This document shows, piece after piece, positions 56,655 to 64,000 of a DNA stretch of 64,000 nucleotides. Origin of the DNA: Candidatus Cloacimonadales bacterium. GTDB lineage: Bacteria; Cloacimonadota; Cloacimonadia; Cloacimonadales; JAFGVF01. The position numbers and the translations under genes are program-made. The stretch spans positions 2,080,001-2,144,000 of the forward strand of contig OY759729.1 in assembly GCA_963662585.1 (NCBI GenBank). Reading direction: 5' to 3'. The number at the start of each line of letters is the position of its first letter. The first letter of the stretch is position 1. Under the pieces are notes generated by a model. That model made no database searches. It was not told the DNA's origin and saw only the letters and a list, made by a program, of their open reading frames with translations.

Positions 56655-59108
56655 ATGTATAAAATTAATATATTAATAATAATATTGCTAATGGTGACTA
56701 TTAGTATTAGTGCTACAGTATTAGAAGTAGGACTAGGGCAAGATTTTACTTACAACACTATCCAATCTGCCGTAGATGCAGCAGTAGATTATGATACAAT
56801 TTTAGTTCATCCCGGAAGATACCTTGAAAATGTAGAAGTTTTAGAGAAAAGTCTTACTCTTGGGTCTCTATTTCTAACAACAGGTAATCAAGCTTATATA
56901 GATTCAACTATGATTGACGGGAATGATGAGGATACTGTTCTTAAGATTTATCATAATAGATATGTCCCTGAATTTAAATATATCAAAATATATGGACTTT
57001 CAATAACTGGTGGTAACACCTTGACTGACCATTTTAATGAAAATGAGGGTAGAAATTATAAGGGAGGAGGAATTAATATTCTAGGTTATAGCTACCTTGA
57101 TTCTGAGTTCTCTTCATTCGAATATTGCAAGATTTTTAATAATACATCTTCAACAGGAGGTGGAATCGCAATTTTTGAGTCAAATGTATGTATTGCAGGA
57201 TGTGAAATTTTTAATAATAACGGAGGTCGTACTGGTGGTGGTATTTATAGTGTAGGAATAGATTATCAATTAGAATTATCTGAAACATATCCTAATTCTG
57301 TTTATAATAACAGTGCCGGTAAGGGCAGAGATGTTTATATAGAACCAATAAATAGTAATCCTGCTCAAATAAACGGACTCTATTTTGATAAGATATCAGT
57401 TGCTCCTGAAGGTGATTTCTCTCACTACTATTATGTTTCAGATGTAATAGAATGGGATGGAGAGATTACTTACAATGAAACAGCTTATGAACGCATCGAA
57501 GCTGATTTATATGTTTCTCCTACTGGCAATGATAATAACACAGGCTTAAGTCCAGTACAAGCGCTAAGGACTATTTCTAAAGCAACCTCATTATTAAAAA
57601 CTCGTGGAAATGGAGATTATAATATTGTTCATGTCGCTCCAGGATTATACTCTCCTGATACCACTGGAGAGATATTTCCAATCAGTATGGATAGAGGAAC
57701 CAAACTTGTCGGTGCTGGTTCAACTGAAACTATCTTAGATGGAGAAAATCAGATAAGTAATTTTTTCTATTTTGAAGATAATTCCGATATTTCAGTCTCT
57801 GGATTTAGCTGTAAGAACTTATATAGCCGTGCAGCCTGGGCAGGAGTGATAAGATCTAATAATGTTGAAAGTTTAACTGTAAAAGATGTCTATTCTGAAA
57901 ATATTCATACTTATAGTGCTTTTTTTATCGCTCATAGCAGTGATATTTTAATTGAAGATATAATTCTTAAGAATTATAATTATAATGGTTTTCAGATTGG
58001 TGAATCACAAGGAGTTATTCATAATGTCTGGGCAGATAGTCTGAATGTTACTTTAGAAGTAGAAGGGCAACCAACTTCCATGCCAGTTACTATTTCTATA
58101 GGTAGTTACAAAATTTCTAATATTGCTGTCACTAACTCAGTTATACCAGGTGGCAGAGCATTTCAATGTGGAAACCCAATTGAGGATAATGATAATTTTA
58201 TTACCATTAATAATCTCTTAATTGCAAATTGTAGTTATACTCCTTTGGATTGGAATTTTACGACTGTAGGTATATTTGGAGAGCACCAACCTCAAATAAA
58301 AGTAAATAATATGACCATAGTTAACAATACTAATAATTGGCCGGCTCTGGTAATCAGAGGTGATGTAAAAATTCGCAACTTAATTCTTGATAATCCCAAC
58401 ATCCCCATCGAAATATATCTGCTCAGAGCAAGTGACCCTCCTAACAATCCAGGTATCTCAGCACTTGATATAGATTACAGCTTAGTTCGGGGTGGATTAG
58501 ATGCTTTAGTAACAGATTACAATGATGGCTGGACTTTAACCTGGGGAGATAATATGCTGGATGAAGATCCTGGTTTTGCAGGAGGTGATGAGACTTTGTG
58601 GTCATCTTATTTCTTAGCTGAAGACTCACCTTGCATAGATGCAGGAGTAGCTGATACAACAGGCTTTTATATGACTAGGATGGATTTAAATGGTTGTGAG
58701 CGAGTCTATGGTTCAGCAGTAGATTTAGGTTGTTTTGAATATGGTTCTCCGGTACCCAATAGTGATAATCACGATATAGAAGTGGTACATAGTAATATCA
58801 TGATTTATCCTAATCCCGCTCAGCTGAATAGTGGACTGAAAGGAGTAACCACTATAGAATTCACTTTGCCGGGAGCTAAAGCTAAAGATATCAAGGTGGG
58901 AGTATATAATCTCAAAGGACAGAAAGTAAGAGATTTACAGGTAGGTCAAAGTTTTTATAACAACTTAAAAGTAGATAACCCTACCTATAGTTTGCACTGG
59001 GACCTAAAGAATAATAGAGGCCGAAATGTTTCTAGTGGTATCTATTTTATTAAAGCTGATGATAGACAAGGGCATTCTGTTATTACAAAATCGTGTGTGA
59101 TGAAGTAA
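56655..59108 (+). CDS. secreted parallel beta-helix (DUF1565/choice-of-anchor-like) protein with FlgD-type tail, copy 1
   Basis: TIQSAV..D.I.V.PG.Y, GGGI repeats, YVSP.GND.N.G, SPCIDAG..DLG.FE and YPNP tail. Confidence 0.85.
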   Translation: MYKINILIIILLMVTISISATVLEVGLGQDFTYNTIQSAVDAAVDYDTILVHPGRYLENVEVLEKSLTLGSLFLTTGNQAYIDSTMIDGNDEDTVLKIYHNRYVPEFKYIKIYGLSITGGNTLTDHFNENEGRNYKGGGINILGYSYLDSEFSSFEYCKIFNNTSSTGGGIAIFESNVCIAGCEIFNNNGGRTGGGIYSVGIDYQLELSETYPNSVYNNSAGKGRDVYIEPINSNPAQINGLYFDKISVAPEGDFSHYYYVSDVIEWDGEITYNETAYERIEADLYVSPTGNDNNTGLSPVQALRTISKATSLLKTRGNGDYNIVHVAPGLYSPDTTGEIFPISMDRGTKLVGAGSTETILDGENQISNFFYFEDNSDISVSGFSCKNLYSRAAWAGVIRSNNVESLTVKDVYSENIHTYSAFFIAHSSDILIEDIILKNYNYNGFQIGESQGVIHNVWADSLNVTLEVEGQPTSMPVTISIGSYKISNIAVTNSVIPGGRAFQCGNPIEDNDNFITINNLLIANCSYTPLDWNFTTVGIFGEHQPQIKVNNMTIVNNTNNWPALVIRGDVKIRNLILDNPNIPIEIYLLRASDPPNNPGISALDIDYSLVRGGLDALVTDYNDGWTLTWGDNMLDEDPGFAGGDETLWSSYFLAEDSPCIDAGVADTTGFYMTRMDLNGCERVYGSAVDLGCFEYGSPVPNSDNHDIEVVHSNIMIYPNPAQLNSGLKGVTTIEFTLPGAKAKDIKVGVYNLKGQKVRDLQVGQSFYNNLKVDNPTYSLHWDLKNNRGRNVSSGIYFIKADDRQGHSVITKSCVMK

Positions 59109-59170
59109 TCTATCCACTAATTTCACGAATTACACTAATGTAGGGGCTAATCAATATTAGCCCTAGCAGG
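59109..59170 (+). repeat. intergenic repeat with GTAG-REP hairpin (second copy at 61675-61736)
   Basis: CCACTAATTTCACGAATTACACTAA followed by GTAGGGGCTAATCAATATTAGCCCT. Confidence 0.7.
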
Positions 59171-59217
59171 AAAATGAAAAGATAAAAATTAAAAATGATT
59201 CTGAACTAGGAGACTTA

Positions 59218-61674
59218 ATGTATAAAATTAATATATTAATAATAATATTGCTAATGGTGACTATTAGTATTAGTGCTACAGTATTAGAAGTAGGACTAGG
59301 GCAAGATTTTACTTACAACACTATCCAATCTGCCGTAGATGCAGCAGTAGATTATGATACAATTTTAGTTCATCCCGGAAGATACCTTGAAAATGTAGAA
59401 GTTTTAGAGAAAAGTCTTACTCTTGGGTCTCTATTTCTAACAACAGGTAATCAAGCTTATATAGATTCAACTATGATTGACGGGAATGATGAGGATACTG
59501 TTCTTAAGATTTATCATAATAGATATGTCCCTGAATTAAAATATATCAAAATATATGGACTTTCAATAACTGGTGGTAACACCTTGACTGACCATTTTAA
59601 TGAAAATGAGGGTAGAAATTATAAGGGAGGAGGAATTAATATTCTAGGTTATAGCTACCTTGATTCTGAGTTCTCTTCATTCGAATATTGCAAGATTTTT
59701 AATAATACATCTTCAACAGGAGGTGGAATCGCAATTTTTGAGTCAAATGTATGTATTGCAGGATGTGAAATTTTTAATAATTACGGAGGTCGTACTGGTG
59801 GTGGTATCTACAGTGTGGGAATAAATTACCAATTAGAATTATCAGAAGCATATCCTAATTCTGTTTATAATAACAGTGCAGGTAAGGGCAGAGATGTTTA
59901 TATAGAACCAATAAATAGTAATCCTGCTCAAATAAACGGACTCTATTTTGATAAGATATCAGTTGCTCCTGAAGGTGATTTCTCTCACTACTATTATGTT
60001 TCAGATGTAATAGAATGGGATGGCGAGATTACTTACAACGAAACAGCTTATGAACGCATCGAAGCTGATTTATATGTTTCTCCAAATGGCAATGATAATA
60101 ACACAGGCTTAAGTCCAGCTCAAGCACTAAAGACTATTTCTAAAGCAACATCATTATTAAAACCTCGTACCAATGGCGATTATAATATTGTCCATGTTGC
60201 TCCTGGTTTATATTCTCCAGATACGACAGGAGAGATATTCCCAATCAGTATGGATCGAGGAACCAAACTTGTCGGTGCTGGCTCTGTTGATACAATCTTA
60301 GATGGAGAAAATCAGATTTGTAATTTTTTCTATCTTGAAGATAACAGTGATATTTCAGTATCAGGTTTTAGCTGTAAGAACTTATATTCAAGAGCAGGAT
60401 GGGCTGGAATTGTAAGGGCAAACAATGTTGAGGCTTTAGAAATGAAAGATCTTAATGTTGAGAATATCCATACTGATGGTGTCTTTGTTATCTTTTACAC
60501 AAGTAACATATTGCTTGAAGATATCATTTTAAATAATTATAACTATCATGGATTTATAATAGCAGCATCTCAAGGAGTGGTACATAATGTCTGGGCCGAT
60601 AGTCTTAATGTTACAATGGAGGTAGAGGGTCAGCCTGGCTCTATACCAATAGCTTTTGATAAAGGCAGTTATAGAATCTCAAATATTGCAGTAACTAACT
60701 CTGTTATTCCTGGAGGAAGAGCTTTTCAGTATGGTAGTGATGCAAGTGAAAATGAAAGTAATGATTTTGCAACAGTTAATAATCTATTAGTAGCAAATTG
60801 TTCTTATACTCCTTTAGATTGGAATTTCACAACAGTTGGTTTTATAGGAGAACACTTACCCCAAATGAAAGTTAATAATATGACCCTAGTAAATAACACC
60901 AACAACTTGCCAATATTGGGTATTAGAGGGGATGTTAAAATTAGAAATTCAATTTTTGATAATCCTAATAGCTCTTATGAAATCTATCTGATGGACCCAG
61001 CTGAAGTACCAACACCTGGGATATCAGCCCTTGATATAGATTACTCTTTAGTAAGAGGTGGTATAGATGCATTAGTAACAGATTATGATGAGGAATGGAT
61101 TCTTAATTGGGGAGATAATATGCTTGATGAAGATCCTGGTTTTATAGGAGGTGATGAAAGCTTATGGTCATCTTATTTCTTAGCTGAAGATTCACCTTGC
61201 ATAGATGCAGGAGTAGCTGATACAACAGGGTATTTTATGGTAGAAACAGATTTAAATGGATGTGAAAGAGTCTATGGTTCAGCAGTAGATTTAGGTTGTT
61301 TTGAATATGGTTCTCCGGTACCCAATAGTGATAATCACGATATAGAAGTGGTACATAGTAATATCATGATTTATCCTAATCCCGCTCAGCTGAATAGTGG
61401 ACTGAAAGGAGTAACCACTATAGAATTCACTTTGCCAGGAGCTAAAGCTAAAGATATCAAGGTGGGAGTATATAAACTCAAAGGACAGAAAGTAAGAGAT
61501 TTACAGGTAGGTCAAAGTTTTTATGATAACTTAAAAGTAGATAACCCTACCTATAGTTTGCACTGGGACCTAAAGAATAATAGAGGTAAAAATGTTTCTA
61601 GTGGTATCTATTTTATTAAAGCTGATGATAGGCAAGGGCATTCTGTTATTACAAAATCGTGTGTGATGAAGTAA
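59218..61674 (+). CDS. secreted parallel beta-helix protein with FlgD-type tail, copy 2
   Basis: Tandem paralog of 56655-59108 (offset 2563). Confidence 0.85.
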   Translation: MYKINILIIILLMVTISISATVLEVGLGQDFTYNTIQSAVDAAVDYDTILVHPGRYLENVEVLEKSLTLGSLFLTTGNQAYIDSTMIDGNDEDTVLKIYHNRYVPELKYIKIYGLSITGGNTLTDHFNENEGRNYKGGGINILGYSYLDSEFSSFEYCKIFNNTSSTGGGIAIFESNVCIAGCEIFNNYGGRTGGGIYSVGINYQLELSEAYPNSVYNNSAGKGRDVYIEPINSNPAQINGLYFDKISVAPEGDFSHYYYVSDVIEWDGEITYNETAYERIEADLYVSPNGNDNNTGLSPAQALKTISKATSLLKPRTNGDYNIVHVAPGLYSPDTTGEIFPISMDRGTKLVGAGSVDTILDGENQICNFFYLEDNSDISVSGFSCKNLYSRAGWAGIVRANNVEALEMKDLNVENIHTDGVFVIFYTSNILLEDIILNNYNYHGFIIAASQGVVHNVWADSLNVTMEVEGQPGSIPIAFDKGSYRISNIAVTNSVIPGGRAFQYGSDASENESNDFATVNNLLVANCSYTPLDWNFTTVGFIGEHLPQMKVNNMTLVNNTNNLPILGIRGDVKIRNSIFDNPNSSYEIYLMDPAEVPTPGISALDIDYSLVRGGIDALVTDYDEEWILNWGDNMLDEDPGFIGGDESLWSSYFLAEDSPCIDAGVADTTGYFMVETDLNGCERVYGSAVDLGCFEYGSPVPNSDNHDIEVVHSNIMIYPNPAQLNSGLKGVTTIEFTLPGAKAKDIKVGVYKLKGQKVRDLQVGQSFYDNLKVDNPTYSLHWDLKNNRGKNVSSGIYFIKADDRQGHSVITKSCVMK

Positions 61675-61783
61675 TCTATCCACTAATTTCACGAATTACA
61701 CTAATATAGGGGCTAATCAATATTAGCCCTAGCAGGAAAATGAAAAGATAAAAATTAAAAATGATTCTGAACTAGGAGACTTA

Positions 61784-64000
61784 ATGTATAAAATTAATAT
61801 ATTAATAATAATATTGCTAATGGTGACTATTAGTATTAGTGCTAAAGTCTTAGAAGTTGGCTTAAGCCAAGATTTTACTTACAACACTATTCAATCTGCT
61901 GTGGATGTAGCTGTAGATTACGATACAGTCTTGGTTCATCCTGGGCGATATATCGAGAATGTTGAAATTTTAGAGAAAAGTCTTACTTTAGGCTCCCTAT
62001 TTCTAACCACTGGAAATCAGGCCTATATAGATTCTACAATTATTGATGGAGATAATGAATGGAGAATTTTATATTTTGAACATGATCGATTTCTTCCTAC
62101 ATCTAAGTGGTTTAGAATTAGTGGCTTGTCAATAATAAATGGTAATACTTTGACTAATCATAATAGCTTGCCAGAGGGTATAAGCATGCATGGGGGGGGG
62201 ATTGCTATTAATGGTTACAGCTACCTAAATCAGGAAGATTCAACTATCGAATATTGCAAGATTTTTAATAATACATCTTCAACAGGAGGTGGAATCGCAA
62301 TTTTTGAGTCAAATGTATGTATTGCAGGATGTGAAATTTTTAATAATAACGGAGGTCGTACTGGTGGTGGTATTTATAGTGTAGGAATAGATTATCAATT
62401 AGAATTATCTGAAACATATCCTAATTCTGTTTATAATAACAGTGCCGGTAAGGGCAGAGATGTTTATATAGAACCAATAAATAGTAATCCTGCTCAAATA
62501 AACGGACTCTATTTTGATAAGATATCAGTTGCTCCTGAAGGTGATTTCTCTCACTACTATTATGTTTCAGATGTAATAGAATGGGATGGCGAGATTACTT
62601 ACAACGAAACAGCTTATGAACGCATCGAAGCTGATTTATATGTTTCTCCAAATGGCAATGATAATAACACAGGCTTAAGTCCAGCTCAAGCACTAAAGAC
62701 TATTTCTAAAGCAACATCATTATTAAAACCTCGTACCAATGGCGATTATAATATTGTCCATGTTGCTCCTGGTTTATATTCTCCAGATACGACAGGAGAG
62801 ATATTTCCAATCAGTATGGATCGAGGAACCAAACTTGTCGGTGCTGGCTCAGCTGATATAATCTTAGATGGAGAAAATCAGATTTGTAATTTTTTCTATC
62901 TTGAAGATAACAGTGATATTTCAGTATCAGGTTTTAGCTGTAAGAACTTATATTCAAGAGCAGGATGGGCAGGAATTGTAAGGGCAAACAATGTTGAGGC
63001 TTTAGAAATGAAAGATCTTAATGTTGAGAATATCCATACTGATGGTGTCTTTGTTATCTTTTACACAAGTAACATATTGCTTGAAGATATCATTTTAAAT
63101 AATTATAACTATCATGGATTTATAATAGCAGCATCTCAAGGAGTGGTACATAATGTCTGGGCCGATAGTCTTAATGTTACAATGGAGGTAGAGGGTCAGC
63201 CTGGCTCTATACCAATAGCTTTTGATAAAGGCAGTTATAGAATCTCAAATATTGCAGTAACTAACTCTGTTATTCCTGGAGGAAGAGCTTTTCAGTATGG
63301 TAGTGATGCAAGTGAAAATGAAAGTAATGATTTTGCAACAGTTAATAATCTATTAGTAGCAAATTGTTCTTATACTCCTTTAGATTGGAATTTCACAACA
63401 GTTGGTTTTATAGGAGAACACTTACCCCAAATGAAAGTTAATAATATGACCCTAGTAAATAACACCAACAACTGGCCAATATTGGGTATTAGAGGGGATG
63501 TTAAAATTAGAAATTCAATTTTTGATAACCCTAATAGCTCTTATGAAATTTATTTATTGGACCCAGCTGAAGTACCTACACCTGGGATATCAGCACTTGA
63601 TATAGATTACTCTTTAGTAAGAGGTGGTATCGATGCATTAGTAACTGATTATGATGAGGAATGGACTCTTACTTGGGGAGATAATATGCTTGATGAAGAT
63701 CCTGGTTTTGCAGGTGGCGATGAAAGCTTATGGTCATCTTATTTCTTAGCTGAAGACTCCCCTTGTATAGATGCAGGAGTAGCTGATACAACAGGTTACT
63801 TTATGGTAGAAACAGATTTAAATGGATGTGAAAGAGTCTATGGCTCAGCTGTAGATTTAGGGTGTTTTGAATATGGAAGCCCTGTGCCCAACAGTGATAA
63901 TCACGATATAGCAGAGCTGCATAATAATATCATGATTTATCCTAATCCTGCTCAGCTGAATAGTGGACTGAAAGGAGTAAGCACTATAGAATTCACTTTG
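61784..64000 (+). CDS. secreted parallel beta-helix protein with FlgD-type tail, copy 3 (runs off the window end)
   Basis: Same RBS and ATG context (offset 2566 from copy 2); frame checked at several points and collinear with copies 1 and 2; no stop codon within the window. Confidence 0.85.
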   Translation, partial: MYKINILIIILLMVTISISAKVLEVGLSQDFTYNTIQSAVDVAVDYDTVLVHPGRYIENVEILEKSLTLGSLFLTTGNQAYIDSTIIDGDNEWRILYFEHDRFLPTSKWFRISGLSIINGNTLTNHNSLPEGISMHGGGIAINGYSYLNQEDSTIEYCKIFNNTSSTGGGIAIFESNVCIAGCEIFNNNGGRTGGGIYSVGIDYQLELSETYPNSVYNNSAGKGRDVYIEPINSNPAQINGLYFDKISVAPEGDFSHYYYVSDVIEWDGEITYNETAYERIEADLYVSPNGNDNNTGLSPAQALKTISKATSLLKPRTNGDYNIVHVAPGLYSPDTTGEIFPISMDRGTKLVGAGSADIILDGENQICNFFYLEDNSDISVSGFSCKNLYSRAGWAGIVRANNVEALEMKDLNVENIHTDGVFVIFYTSNILLEDIILNNYNYHGFIIAASQGVVHNVWADSLNVTMEVEGQPGSIPIAFDKGSYRISNIAVTNSVIPGGRAFQYGSDASENESNDFATVNNLLVANCSYTPLDWNFTTVGFIGEHLPQMKVNNMTLVNNTNNWPILGIRGDVKIRNSIFDNPNSSYEIYLLDPAEVPTPGISALDIDYSLVRGGIDALVTDYDEEWTLTWGDNMLDEDPGFAGGDESLWSSYFLAEDSPCIDAGVADTTGYFMVETDLNGCERVYGSAVDLGCFEYGSPVPNSDNHDIAELHNNIMIYPNPAQLNSGLKGVSTIEFTL

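Noticed and set aside
52602..64000. Diversity-generating retroelement as the cause of paralog variation
   Set aside because: No reverse transcriptase in the window, and differences are block-wise and involve all bases rather than being adenine-specific.

Overview
AT-rich bacterial window. The gene content suggests an anaerobic diderm, probably Candidatus Cloacimonadota; this is inferred from the many secreted proteins with YPNPFNP/FlgD-Ig C-terminal tails, a gingipain-like C25 protease and an Rnf operon. Housekeeping content: a eukaryote-type UDP-glucose pyrophosphorylase (5'-truncated), a solo groEL and an hsp20 each with a CIRCE-like operator, osmC, a GntR/YtrA-ABC operon ending in sppA, a hybrid histidine kinase, a 16S-23S-5S rRNA operon with no ITS tRNA, hutH, truA, thiD, dus, a THUMP methyltransferase and rnfCDGEAB. 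Four accessory structures stand out. (1) An IS200-like Y1 (HUH) transposase sits between duplicated ~420-bp cassettes of REP-like hairpins, with an internally deleted copy next to it and degenerate copies elsewhere in the window. (2) Mosaics of several palindromic repeat families flank the rRNA operon in direct orientation, with a duplicated 5S 3' end. (3) A higBA module has an IrrE/ImmA-peptidase-fused antitoxin. (4) An extended ECF sigma factor lies head-to-head with a tiny secreted peptide gene, at the start of a >15-kb tandem array of secreted FlgD-tail proteins whose paralogs have constant ends, variable cores and haplotype mosaicism.
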